Shown: positions 34,893 to 45,549, counted from the first letter of the stretch. The stretch: 64,000 bases of DNA from Candidatus Cloacimonadales bacterium (GCA_963662585.1 OY759729.1:2368001-2432000), one strand, 5' to 3'. Program-made: numbers and translations. The notes: generated by a model not told the origin, from the letters alone.

Positions 34893-35568
34893 TCTTTTCA
34901 TTTTTTTTTAATGAAGATCAAAAAATGAATTTGATTCTTGCATCTTGAAATTTATATAATCTATCTTATTAGTGTGGAACTTCAAAATAGCAACTAAGTT
35001 TTTTTGAAAATAGGATTTACAATACTTTTATCATAGTCCTAATCTCCTCTTAAGCAAACCTTATCATTTCTTAAGTATCTTTAGAAAACCCTTTGTAATA
35101 CATATTTGTGGCATTTAGAAAAATTAAGAATTTATTCTGGGTTAAAATAAGTTTCAAGGTTAGGCTTTTACAAATCTATTTAAAATGCAGGTTATAATTT
35201 TAAATGCAATTACTTCTATGTTCTTAGATCATTCATTTTCCTTACTACTTATTTGAGAGTACAGAGCAAAGAGTAAGTCAACATCTCTGAGTCTTGAGTC
35301 TTTTTTAACAACAGAGATGGCTAATAGAATTATTCAAATTAAGCAAGATAAATTCCCCTCTTCATAGCTTAGCAATATCTTTAAGAGGGGTTGGATGCAA
35401 ACCATCAGGAGGGGGAAGAAATACATGAAAACGCAAGAGTTTGTGAAAGATAAAAGAATTACAAAAAAGACTTGCCAAAAAAACAGTCCTGAATATAATA
35501 ATAAAATTACTGAATAACTGAAAAGATTACATGCTTACATATGGAAATAAAAAAAAGGGAAAAATTGT

Positions 35569-38500
35569 ATGATGAAAGACCTTACATTAAATGAAGTGTG
35601 TCAAAAATATGGAGTAAGCAGAGAAGAAGTAAGAACCTTTATCAGTAAAGGTCTGTTTAGTTTTGGTGATAGAGAATATCATGATTTGGTTTTCCCACTA
35701 CAAGATATTACTAAATTAGATTTATTACTTCAGTTAAAGAATGAAGGATTGTCTTATGATAAAGCTATTTCAATTTTAAAAAATAAAACAATCTATCCGC
35801 AAAGCGAAACTCATAAAATTGCAAAAAATCACTTGTTTGAAGATTCCTTTTATCGAGAGTTATTCTTTGAATCACCAAGCTATCTTACAATTACTGATGA
35901 TAAGGGTAATATTATTGAAATGAATAAAGTAGTAAGAGAAAAATTAGGTTATGGTGATGAGATGATAGGAAAATCATTATTGGAGTTTCACCCTGAAGAC
36001 CTTAGACTAGAAGCAACGGAGAATCTATACAGGATTATAAATGGAGACTTAGAGTATTGTCCTTTAGACATTCTTACTAAAGATGGCCGGAGGATGAAGG
36101 TCGAAAGTAGAATAGTTATCGTAGAAAATGAAGGTCAGAAACTAATGTTAGGTATTAGTAGCGAAAAGTCCATTTCTCAGGAGATGGATAAGATGCTGGA
36201 GAAGAGAGAAAATCTCTTTAGAACATTGTTTCAAATCAGTATGTCAGCATCAATCATTATCTCCCAAGAAACAGGCAAAATATTGACTGTAAATAGAGCA
36301 TGGGAAGTTAACACAGGCTACCAATCAGAAGACATATTAGGTAAAACAATTGCGGAGTTGAATATTATCAGCGAAATAGATAAATTAACAACTATTGAAG
36401 AAGAGATTGCTGATAAAGGATTTATTAATGATCAAGAGTTAATTTTTAATGCAAAGACAGGAGAGAAAAGAGTCATCAATATCTCAGCATCATTAATAGA
36501 TTATTATGAACCATCAATCTTAATAAGCGGAGTAGATATAACTGATTACAAGGAATCTCAGCAGCGATTAGAGACAACAGTAGCTGAAAAAATTGTCGAG
36601 ATAAAAGAGCTTTATGAGTTAAATGAGGCTATTATTGATGCTATTCCAGATTTTGTTGTTTTGCTAGATCAGCAAGGACAAATTCATAAAGTATATGATT
36701 CCCCAAATAATGAAATATCACTAATTAATAAAGAGGATCAAGGAAGCAATATTAACAATATTTTTACAGAATCAGCCTCTTTTATAATCAAGTTAGCAGT
36801 ATCAGAAACATATCTGAAAGGTTATTCCTTCAACAATGTATTTCGTCAAATCATCCAGGGACAAGAAAACTGGTACTCAATTTCTTTAAGTAAGATTAAT
36901 AATGTTAAGGATTTGGTCGTTGGTGTCATCAGTGATATAACAGTAACTGTTAGACATACACTTGAATTGGAAAATAGTGAGTCTCGTTACAGATCTATAT
37001 TTAATTCTAAAGCTTCTGCAATGTTATTAATAGATGTAAATGAAGGAGAAGTTTTTGATGCAAATAAAGCAGCAGAAGAATTATTTGGAATTAATAGCAA
37101 TCTTCTTAAGAGAATGACTTTTAGTGAGTTAATACCTAAGGGAAATGTTATTCTAAGAAATATTACTAATGGAAATGATGTAACAAAAGATGGTGAGCAA
37201 TTTAAAACTGAGATTTTGACTTCTAAGAAAGAAACAAAACATATAGAATTGTATATAGGAAGCATTTATTTCAACAAACAGAGACGATTAATTGCCATTA
37301 TTCATGATATTACAGCAGAATTTATGGCTGAATCCTTGTTAACTCAGCAGAAAGTTCGACTTCAAACTGTCATAGATGGTTCTGCAGCAGGTTTATGGGA
37401 TTGGAATGTTCAGACAGGAGAGTTAACTGTTGAGGGTAATTTCTTTGGAATGTTAGGTTTCAAGCGAGAGGATCTTGAGCCAATCAGCATAGAGACTTGG
37501 AGATTATTATGTCATCCTGAAGACTTAAAGAAATCTGACAAGTTAATTCAAGATATGTTGGATGGGAAAACAGATAATTACGAATGTGAAATTAGAATGA
37601 AACATAAATCAGGTGATTGGATTTGGATTTTTGATAAGGGGAAGATTATTGAAAATGATGATCAGGGTAATCCTATAAGATTAGCAGGAACTCATATTGA
37701 ATTTACCGAAAGGAAGAAAGCTCAGTTAAATTTAGAATGTAGGTTTGCAATTGAAGAACTTTTAAACAAAATGTCCAAAGACTTTATAGAAAGTGATGTT
37801 TTTGCTACATCGGAGGTTATAGACAGGTCTTTGAAACTGATAGGAGAATTCTCAAAATCTGATCGGTGCTATTTCTTCATTTTTCAAAATGATCCTGAAT
37901 TAATGTCAAATACAAATGAGTGGTGTTCAAAAGGTATTGAACCACAAATAGAGATTCTTCAGGACTTGCCTGTTTCAATATTCCCTTGGTGGATGAAGAA
38001 ACTCAAGAACTTCGAAACAATTTATGTTCCTGATGTAGCAAAAATGGAGCCTGAAGCAAGTGAAGAACAGAAAATCTTGCAAGAACAGGATATTAAATCA
38101 GTTTTGGTTATTCCTGTCTATTCAGAGAAAAAACTTCTGGGTTTCTTAGGCTTTGATGCAGTGAAAGATTATGCTAAATGGTTGGATTCTGATATCTTCC
38201 TTTTAGAAAATGTGGGAGTAATGATAGCTAATAATTTATCTAGGGAAGAATTACTGGTTAATTTGATTGATGCTAAGAAAATTGCTCAAGAAAGTAATAG
38301 GATTAAATCTGAATTCATCGCTAATATTAACCACGAAATTAGAACTCCTTTACATACACTATTTAATTTCTTTGAACTCATGAAAATATCTGATCTCCCT
38401 GTAGAAATTAAAAAGATTATACCATCAATTGCACAATCAACCAATAACTTAGCAGATATGTTGCAAAGTATCTTAACAATAAATAATATAGATTCAGGGA

Positions 38501-39393
38501 AAATAAAAATAAATGAAGAGAGATGTAATTTTTCTACAATAGTCAATAATATTATTTATGTTTATAAAGCTGATCTATCTGAAAAAATTATTGACATTGT
38601 AGTAGATCTGAAAGAAGAGAAAACATGGGATATAATTACTGACTTTAACCTACTTAAGAATATTCTCAATGCTATAATCAGTAATGCAATCAAATATTCC
38701 GAAAAGGGAACAATCAAAATCTCAGCAGAGATTGAAGAAAGTGATAGAACATTCTTATCAATCACAATTTCTGACCAAGGATCTGGTATGGACGAATTTG
38801 AAATTAAGAACATTTTTGTTACATTTTACCAAAGCGAAGACTTTATTACAAAAAAGAATTCTGGATTTGGACTTGGAATGCCTATTGTTAAGAAATTCAT
38901 AGACCTTTTGGGTGGGAATATTGAAATTAAGAGTGAAAAAAATGTGGGTACTGATATTAATCTAAAACTCCCAATAAAATTATCATCTGAACAAGCTCAA
39001 TTAAAGGAAATAAGCAGAGAAGGAATTTCAGTATTATTAGTTGAAGATAATAGTATCCTTGTTAAAATGATGAAAAAAGTGTTTGAGAAAAACACATTTC
39101 ATATTTCAATAGCTATCAATGGTCAGATAGCTGTTGATTTATCCAAGAAAAAGAAAGTAGATGTAATCCTCATGGACATTCAAATGCCTGTAATGGATGG
39201 TATTGCTGCGGCAAGGATAATAAAAACTGATCCAACAAATCCTAATTATAAAACCCCGATAATTGCTGTATCTGCTCATTTGGAGTATGATGAACTTGAA
39301 TATTCTCATGAGTTTGATGATTTAGTACAAAAACCTGTAAATTTTAAGTGTTTGTTCCAAAAAATATATAGTTTGATTGATAAATCTAAATAA
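35569..39393 (+). CDS. Cytoplasmic hybrid histidine kinase: MerR-like HTH, ~5 PAS, GAF, HisKA, HATPase, receiver
   Basis: N-terminal TLNEVCQKYGVS...KGLF; PAS motifs (GLWDWN, HPED, E.RMKHKSG.WIW); GAF (NTNEWC, GFLGFD); HEIRTPL, NAIKY, DQGSG, GFGLG; receiver LLVED/ILMD/KP. No TM helix. Confidence 0.9.
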   Translation: MMKDLTLNEVCQKYGVSREEVRTFISKGLFSFGDREYHDLVFPLQDITKLDLLLQLKNEGLSYDKAISILKNKTIYPQSETHKIAKNHLFEDSFYRELFFESPSYLTITDDKGNIIEMNKVVREKLGYGDEMIGKSLLEFHPEDLRLEATENLYRIINGDLEYCPLDILTKDGRRMKVESRIVIVENEGQKLMLGISSEKSISQEMDKMLEKRENLFRTLFQISMSASIIISQETGKILTVNRAWEVNTGYQSEDILGKTIAELNIISEIDKLTTIEEEIADKGFINDQELIFNAKTGEKRVINISASLIDYYEPSILISGVDITDYKESQQRLETTVAEKIVEIKELYELNEAIIDAIPDFVVLLDQQGQIHKVYDSPNNEISLINKEDQGSNINNIFTESASFIIKLAVSETYLKGYSFNNVFRQIIQGQENWYSISLSKINNVKDLVVGVISDITVTVRHTLELENSESRYRSIFNSKASAMLLIDVNEGEVFDANKAAEELFGINSNLLKRMTFSELIPKGNVILRNITNGNDVTKDGEQFKTEILTSKKETKHIELYIGSIYFNKQRRLIAIIHDITAEFMAESLLTQQKVRLQTVIDGSAAGLWDWNVQTGELTVEGNFFGMLGFKREDLEPISIETWRLLCHPEDLKKSDKLIQDMLDGKTDNYECEIRMKHKSGDWIWIFDKGKIIENDDQGNPIRLAGTHIEFTERKKAQLNLECRFAIEELLNKMSKDFIESDVFATSEVIDRSLKLIGEFSKSDRCYFFIFQNDPELMSNTNEWCSKGIEPQIEILQDLPVSIFPWWMKKLKNFETIYVPDVAKMEPEASEEQKILQEQDIKSVLVIPVYSEKKLLGFLGFDAVKDYAKWLDSDIFLLENVGVMIANNLSREELLVNLIDAKKIAQESNRIKSEFIANINHEIRTPLHTLFNFFELMKISDLPVEIKKIIPSIAQSTNNLADMLQSILTINNIDSGKIKINEERCNFSTIVNNIIYVYKADLSEKIIDIVVDLKEEKTWDIITDFNLLKNILNAIISNAIKYSEKGTIKISAEIEESDRTFLSITISDQGSGMDEFEIKNIFVTFYQSEDFITKKNSGFGLGMPIVKKFIDLLGGNIEIKSEKNVGTDINLKLPIKLSSEQAQLKEISREGISVLLVEDNSILVKMMKKVFEKNTFHISIAINGQIAVDLSKKKKVDVILMDIQMPVMDGIAAARIIKTDPTNPNYKTPIIAVSAHLEYDELEYSHEFDDLVQKPVNFKCLFQKIYSLIDKSK

Positions 39394-39454
39394 AGATTGA
39401 CAGGTCTCAACACATCTCTCAACATAAAATAGACAAAATATATTTTAGTGAGGA

Positions 39455-39718
39455 ATGATGTTAAATGACAAAGTTCATATAGATTTCGATAATGTTTGTA
39501 TTCCAATTGATCTAAGAGAATATCTTCACTCCAGTAAGATTAAAATATTTACTAATGGTAACCAAATAACGCAAAGTACATGTTATCTTGTTAGAAAGAA
39601 TATAAGTATTAAAGATATAAAGCAGTGGAAAGAAAAGATTTATAAACAAGTTGAAACTGGTTTATCTTTGAAAAATTATACTTTTATGAAGGAGTATCCA
39701 AGTGAAAAATCCAGTTAA
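39455..39718 (+). CDS. Small protein; truncated paralog of the YgjP-like N-terminal region
   Basis: GAGGA RBS; ungapped by-eye alignment to the 34090 protein gives 16/69 identities; same EKSS C-terminus; no HExxH. Confidence 0.6.
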   Translation: MMLNDKVHIDFDNVCIPIDLREYLHSSKIKIFTNGNQITQSTCYLVRKNISIKDIKQWKEKIYKQVETGLSLKNYTFMKEYPSEKSS

Positions 39719-40574
39719 AAAGGTATGTGCCATTCATGATTTAGCTGGGTTAGGTCATGTCTCTTTAAACGAAGTAATTGCGATTCTTAGCACTATGGGG
39801 CATCAAGTTGTCTCACTTCCTACAGCAGTTTTATCATCAAATACTGCTTATGAGAATTTTAGGTTTTTAGATTTAACTACTCAGATGCCTGGTTTTATCG
39901 AGCATTGGCAAGAGTTAGGGCTAGTATTTGATGCTATATATAGTGGTTTTCTAGGTTCACCTCAGCAGATTCATATTGTGAAAGATTTAATTAGAGATTT
40001 TCATAATCCAGAGTTATTGGTAGTAGTAGATCCTGTTTTTGGTGATAATGGAGAGTTATATAGTGCTTTCACTTTAGAAATAGTAGATGAGATGAAGAAA
40101 TTAGTTGAGTCTGCTGACATAATTACCCCCAATATAACCGAAGCATCTTTTTTATTGAATGAGAAGTATCCGCAAGATTTACCTATTAAACAAGCAAAAG
40201 ACTGGTGTAGAAGATTAGCAGAGTGTGGGCCCAAAGTAGTTGTTTTAACAAGTGTTCCTGATGAATGTGTTAAAAAGAGAACAGGAGTTATAGCCTATAA
40301 TAGGGAAGAAAATAGGTTTTGGAAAGTTTCTTGTGATTATATTCCGGCTAGTTATCCTGGTACAGGGGATGCTTTCACTAGTGTTCTTTTAGGAAGTTTA
40401 ATGCAGGGTGATAGTTTGCCTATCGCTTTAGATAGGGCTGTTCAATTTATATCTATAGGAATTCGTTCAACTTATGGTTTCAAGCACCAAGTAAATGAAG
40501 GAATCTTAGTTGAGAGAGTTTTATCATATCTAAAGGCACCTATTCCTATGGGTAGTTTTGAGATATTGGAGTAA
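39702..40574 (+). CDS. pdxK: Pyridoxal/pyridoxamine kinase
   Basis: AIHDL.G.G, PTAVLS, YSGFLGS, VDPV.GD.G, ITPN.TEA, PGTGD.F. Confidence 0.92.
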   Translation: MKNPVKKVCAIHDLAGLGHVSLNEVIAILSTMGHQVVSLPTAVLSSNTAYENFRFLDLTTQMPGFIEHWQELGLVFDAIYSGFLGSPQQIHIVKDLIRDFHNPELLVVVDPVFGDNGELYSAFTLEIVDEMKKLVESADIITPNITEASFLLNEKYPQDLPIKQAKDWCRRLAECGPKVVVLTSVPDECVKKRTGVIAYNREENRFWKVSCDYIPASYPGTGDAFTSVLLGSLMQGDSLPIALDRAVQFISIGIRSTYGFKHQVNEGILVERVLSYLKAPIPMGSFEILE

Positions 40575-40575
40575 T

Positions 40576-41397
40576 ATGAAAAAGATAGTATTTACAGATT
40601 TAGATAGGACCCTTTTCACTTCAGATTCCAAAATATCTCAGAGGAATTATGATTCTCTAGTTAAACTAGGAGAAGAAGGTATTATTAGGGTGATAGTTAC
40701 TGGTAGAAATCTTTTTTCTGCCAAGCATGTTTTACCTCCTGATTTTCCTTTAGATTATTTAGTGATATCTTCGGGAGCAGGTGTGATTAATTTTCGCACT
40801 CAAGAAATTCTTTCTAAAAAAGAGATAGAGAATCAAGTGGTTTGTCGAGTAATAAGTTATTTAAAAGAACTTGATGTAGATTTTATGATTCATTCACCAA
40901 TTCCTGATAATCACCATTTTGAATATTTTCAAGCATCTAAACCTTGTGTAGATTCCTTAAAAAGAATTGCACATTATAAGGATTTTGCTAGACTTCATCA
41001 GGGAGAATATAGGGGGAGTGCATCTCAGTTTCTTTCAGTTGTTGGGGCTGAAAAAGAGCATTTAGTAGAGCATGCAATTGAAAATCTTCCTGATCTTTCT
41101 ATAATTAGGGCGACTTCTCCTCTTGATCATAAATCTGTATGGATTGAGATTTTTCCTCAGGGAATTGATAAAGGTTATGCTTGCCGAAAGGTTATAAGGA
41201 AATTAGCTTTTAAAACTGAAGAGGTTCTGACAATTGGCAATGATTATAATGATCTTGCTATGCTTGAGTCTTTTACAGACTCTTTCGTTGTGGCAAATGC
41301 TCCTCAAGAATTGCAAGATAGATTTAAGGTTGTGGCTACTGATAGGGAAGATGGTTTTACAGAAATGCTAACAAAATATTTTGACTTTATAAAGTGA
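40576..41397 (+). CDS. Cof-type HAD hydrolase
   Basis: FTDLDRTL, VTGR, DKG, IGNDYNDLAML, VANA; likely start MKKIV. Confidence 0.88.
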   Translation: MKKIVFTDLDRTLFTSDSKISQRNYDSLVKLGEEGIIRVIVTGRNLFSAKHVLPPDFPLDYLVISSGAGVINFRTQEILSKKEIENQVVCRVISYLKELDVDFMIHSPIPDNHHFEYFQASKPCVDSLKRIAHYKDFARLHQGEYRGSASQFLSVVGAEKEHLVEHAIENLPDLSIIRATSPLDHKSVWIEIFPQGIDKGYACRKVIRKLAFKTEEVLTIGNDYNDLAMLESFTDSFVVANAPQELQDRFKVVATDREDGFTEMLTKYFDFIK

Positions 41398-41406
41398 GGA
41401 TTTTAG

Positions 41407-42489
41407 ATGAAAGTTAAAGATTTATATGAAATACTTTGTAGAATAATGCCTTTAAATATTTCTTTTGATTGGGATAATGTTGGGCTTTTAATCGGTGATG
41501 GTCAAGCAGAAGTTGAGAAGGTTCTTTTGACATTAGATATAACTCCTGCTGCAGTGGATAAAGCTATTAAAGAAAAGTGTAACTTAATTTTATCTCATCA
41601 TCCTTTAATATTTGGTAAGATAGATAGAATAAACAATCCTCTTTTCCTTAAATTAATTAGAGCAGGAATAGATGTTATTAGCATGCATACAAATTTAGAC
41701 TCTATTCCTACAGGAGTGAACAGGGTTTTAGCCGAGAAATTAGGCTTAGAAAATATCACTTTTATTGCACCTGATGGAGGGAACAAGGTTTTTTGGGGTA
41801 AGGTGTTTGTTCCAGAAACAGATGCTAAGAGATTGCAAGTGGCAATAACAGAGGCTGGGGCAGGAGTCTATGAAAAGTATACTAATTGTCTTGTAACCAA
41901 TCAGGTTATTGCTTCTTTTACTCCTAGTGAAAGAGCAAAACCAGCAATTGGAAGTCCGGGAATCAGAGAATCAGTAGAAGAAATTGAACTTCAATTTAGG
42001 GTTGATACAGCTAATTATAATCGTGTTATCTCTGCTATCAAGAAGAATCATCCTTATGAAACACCAGTTTTTCATTTTTATGAAATTAATGATGATAATA
42101 TTAATTATGGTTCAGGCATGGTCGGAGAATTAGCTTCAGAATTATCTTTAGAGGATTTCGCAGCTCTTGTTAAAGAGAGATTGGCTGCTCCTTTTGTTAA
42201 GCTGTGGAGTGCAGGCAAACTTAATAAAACTGTGAAAAGAGTATCTGTCTGTGGAGGGTCAGGTTCTTTTTTAATCAAAAAAGCTTCTTTCATAAGTGAT
42301 GTTATGGTAACTGGAGATGTTACTTATCATACTATGTTGGATTCAAATTTACCTATTATCGATGCAGGACACTTCTACACTGAAAACCCAGTATTAGAAT
42401 ATCTTAGTGATATCTTACAAGAGCAGGGAATTGTACATACATTTCTTTCTCCTCAAGAGCATGAAATCAGTAAGCTAAAACTTATCTAA
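41407..42489 (+). CDS. Nif3-like dinuclear metal hexameric protein with PII-like insert
   Basis: WDNVGLLIG, HHPLIF, HTNLD, HPYE, GSG, TGD, DAGHF.TE. Confidence 0.92.
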   Translation: MKVKDLYEILCRIMPLNISFDWDNVGLLIGDGQAEVEKVLLTLDITPAAVDKAIKEKCNLILSHHPLIFGKIDRINNPLFLKLIRAGIDVISMHTNLDSIPTGVNRVLAEKLGLENITFIAPDGGNKVFWGKVFVPETDAKRLQVAITEAGAGVYEKYTNCLVTNQVIASFTPSERAKPAIGSPGIRESVEEIELQFRVDTANYNRVISAIKKNHPYETPVFHFYEINDDNINYGSGMVGELASELSLEDFAALVKERLAAPFVKLWSAGKLNKTVKRVSVCGGSGSFLIKKASFISDVMVTGDVTYHTMLDSNLPIIDAGHFYTENPVLEYLSDILQEQGIVHTFLSPQEHEISKLKLI

Positions 42490-42499
42490 GGAATTTTAA

Positions 42500-43684
42500 A
42501 TGAAAAAACTATATAAGATGGAAAACAAAATTCAAAAATATGAATGGGGTACATTTGATTATATTGCTAGTTTGTTACAGCTAGAGAATAATAGTGCTGA
42601 ACCTTGGGCAGAATTATGGATGAGTGCTCATGATAAAGCACCCTCATTTTTGCCAGAAATTAGAAGTAATTTAAACACTGCTATTGCTAATAATCCACAA
42701 GAGTTTTTGGGAGAGAAAGTAGCTAAAAATTACAAGAATAAACTACCTTATTTGTTTAAAATTTTAAGTGCTAATAAGCCTTTATCTATTCAAGCCCACC
42801 CTAATTTAGAGCAGGCCAAAAGAGGATTCAAGTTAGAAAATGAGCAAGGAATTCTTTTAACAGATTTTATAAGAAATTATAAAGATGATAATCACAAACC
42901 TGAACTAATCTGTGCTTTAACAGAGTTTCATGCCATGTGTGGATTCCGTCCTGCCTCAGAGATAATTAACTTTTTTAATCAGCTTGGTTTAAATAAAGTT
43001 TTAAGAGAATTTTCTGCCTTTGAAAAAGAAGCTAAGGCTGATAACTGGGAAAAGGTCTTTATCGAAATCATTGCGGGAAGTGTGGAAAAAAAACTACAAA
43101 TTGTTGAATTGGTTATTAACAATATACATGACTTAAATGATGAATTTGTAAAGGATTGGGTCTTAAAGATGATGATTCATTACCCCAATGATATTGGGAT
43201 TATCTCACCACTCTTCCTAAATACTTTCATTCTGCAAGCAGGAGAAGCAGTTTTTCTTAAAGCAGGAATTCTCCATGCTTATCTTCAAGGAACAGGAGTA
43301 GAGATTATGGCTAACTCAGATAATGTTCTTCGAGGTGGACTAACCCCTAAAAACATAGATGTGAAGGAGTTAGTTTCTATTTTAGAATGGGAGATGAAAG
43401 AGCCTGAAATTCAATCATATAATTTTAATTCTCAAGTCATCTCTTATCAAATTCCCATTAATGAATTTTCTCTTAAAAGAGTTAAGCTTACAGGTGAGCT
43501 AAAGATAAAGAATGAGAAGCCAACTATGATAATTGTTGTAGAAGGCGAAACTCAAGTTACTTGTGGAGAAGAGTTTAAGAAAGTGAAGAAAGGTGAAACT
43601 ATTTTTGTTACTAGTGAGGCTAAAGAATTTACTTTAGCAGGACAAGCTCTTCTCTTTGTCGCTTCCACTAACGATAACTACTAA
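42500..43684 (+). CDS. manA: Mannose-6-phosphate isomerase, class I
   Basis: YEWG, AELWM, LSIQAHP, YKDDNHKPE, HAYL.G, EIMANSDNVLRGGLT. Confidence 0.95.
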   Translation: MKKLYKMENKIQKYEWGTFDYIASLLQLENNSAEPWAELWMSAHDKAPSFLPEIRSNLNTAIANNPQEFLGEKVAKNYKNKLPYLFKILSANKPLSIQAHPNLEQAKRGFKLENEQGILLTDFIRNYKDDNHKPELICALTEFHAMCGFRPASEIINFFNQLGLNKVLREFSAFEKEAKADNWEKVFIEIIAGSVEKKLQIVELVINNIHDLNDEFVKDWVLKMMIHYPNDIGIISPLFLNTFILQAGEAVFLKAGILHAYLQGTGVEIMANSDNVLRGGLTPKNIDVKELVSILEWEMKEPEIQSYNFNSQVISYQIPINEFSLKRVKLTGELKIKNEKPTMIIVVEGETQVTCGEEFKKVKKGETIFVTSEAKEFTLAGQALLFVASTNDNY

Positions 43685-43697
43685 TATTCTCAATATA

Positions 43698-43731
43698 AAA
43701 AGAAGGACTGAATTAATTCAGTCCTTCTTTT
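43698..43731. terminator. Bidirectional terminator
   Basis: AAAAGAAGGACTGAATT/AATTCAGTCCTTCTTTT perfect palindrome between convergent genes. Confidence 0.8.
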
Positions 43732-43791
43732 GTTTAATAAATTCTTTATCAAAAATCTTACTTCAAAGCAAGATGTTTTTTAAAATCTAAA

Positions 43792-44082
43792 TTAGTATCT
43801 GTTTGTTCTGCGTCTTGGTCTGTCATCTCTAGGACGATCTTCTCTAGGACGAGCTTCGTTAACTTTAATTCCTCTACCCATGATTTCTTTTTCATTTAAA
43901 CCATCGATAGCGTTTTGTCCAGCAGCATTATCTGCCATTTCAACAAAACCAAAACCTTTAGGACGACCAGTTTCTCTGTCTTCAATAATTTTAACTGAAG
44001 TAACTTCACCAAATTCTGCAAATAATTCTCTTAAATCTTCTTGTGTCATAGTATATGACAAGTTTCCAACGTAAATATTCAT
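43792..44082 (-). CDS. RRM-domain RNA-binding protein
   Basis: RNP2 IYVGNL and RNP1 KGFGFVEM; VNEARPR. Confidence 0.95.
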   Translation of the reverse strand: MNIYVGNLSYTMTQEDLRELFAEFGEVTSVKIIEDRETGRPKGFGFVEMADNAAGQNAIDGLNEKEIMGRGIKVNEARPREDRPRDDRPRRRTNRY

Positions 44083-44937
44083 TAATTCCTCTCATTCTAA
44101 CTTCTTGTCGAAGTCTATTTGATTTGAATTTATAAAAGTGTAATTTACTGTCAATCTTTATTTTAATTATTATCTGTAAGTAGTGAAAAAAGAACTTCAT
44201 ATTCTGTCAGAGAGTATGACTAATAGCTTGATATGTATAAGGATATGAAAGGGAAAAATAATTTTAGCAAAAAGAAAATAAAATAACTTTCAGCTGTTAA
44301 ACCAATTTGATCTAGGGTTATTATTTATTTTGAAGTTAATTTAACTGCAATATTTGGCTTAAATGTATAAATAAAATTCAATTATCATAAATTGACAAAT
44401 ATATAGGGGAAAATATAATAAGGCAAAAGGTGATAATTATGAAAACAAAGAATTAGCTAAGAAAACTTATGATTTAATGAGAGAGTGCTCAAATTTCTAC
44501 TCATAATGAAGCTACAGAGGAGAAAATCTTTCTAGTTTTATGATATAAAATATAGATGAAGCTCGAAAGGAGACTAGGCTGTTAATAACTCAAGTATTTT
44601 AAGGGTAGGTAAAATTACCAATAATATTATAGATTAAAGCTAAACATTCAAGTTGGCGTATATCTATCCAAACTATTCACTGTAAAGTATTTAAAGCTGG
44701 GATTAATATTTCTTAGCCTGGGGGAAAGCTTGGACAGCTTGCCACCCCAGGAATTGTATGTCACAAAGGACTAAGCTTGAATGAGATTTATTAAAACATT
44801 CAATTAGAATTTTTTTGTATCTAACCTCTATACTTGCTGAATTCCAGCTTACTTTATGCATTATAGCAGTTAGAGGAACAGCTTAAAACTCTATTTGCTT
44901 TAAGCTGAAGAAATTTTCTTTCTCTATATTAAGATAT

Positions 44938-45354
44938 TTATCGTTTTATTACTAAGCAATCAGCCATTTTATCGTGTAATGTTTGTTTTTGATCTGTAAA
45001 ACCTGCCATTAAAAATCCTATCATAAGAATAAAGGCAGAAATTATTTTCCCAAAATGTCTTCCACTTGCTCTGAGAAAACTCAATCTTTGGCCATATATT
45101 GTCGTTACTTTTAATCCTAAGATATATTTTCCTAAAGAAGCTTGAAGAGGAGAACTCTCTAAAATCGCAAAATAAAGCCAAAATATTGCAGTACTCATCA
45201 GTGCTACGGGAGAGTTTAAAGCATCAAAATAGCTTTGTGAAGGGTATAAGTCGGGAGAACTAAATCCCATAGTTAAGACCCTCGATATAATTGTAATAAA
45301 AACTGAATCAATTAAGGCTGCAAAAAATCTTAGCCAAAAGCCTGCATATTTCAT
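44938..45354 (-). CDS. RDD family membrane protein
   Basis: YAGFWLRFFAALID, QASLGK, KQTLHD; likely start MKYAG after AGGAG. Confidence 0.88.
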   Translation of the reverse strand: MKYAGFWLRFFAALIDSVFITIISRVLTMGFSSPDLYPSQSYFDALNSPVALMSTAIFWLYFAILESSPLQASLGKYILGLKVTTIYGQRLSFLRASGRHFGKIISAFILMIGFLMAGFTDQKQTLHDKMADCLVIKR

Positions 45355-45549
45355 ATTTCTTACTCCTAAAAATTTTTTTCCAAACTTAAGGTTTATTTTA
45401 ATCATGTCAATAAAAAATATCATACTTGCAGATTTTATTTATAAATAACTTTCAGAAAAATCCATTAATTATATTAAAATAATCCTTGTATTGCTGAAAT
45501 AAGGGCTTATTCTTCATGCTAATCAACTCACTCATCTTTGATCCTTAAT

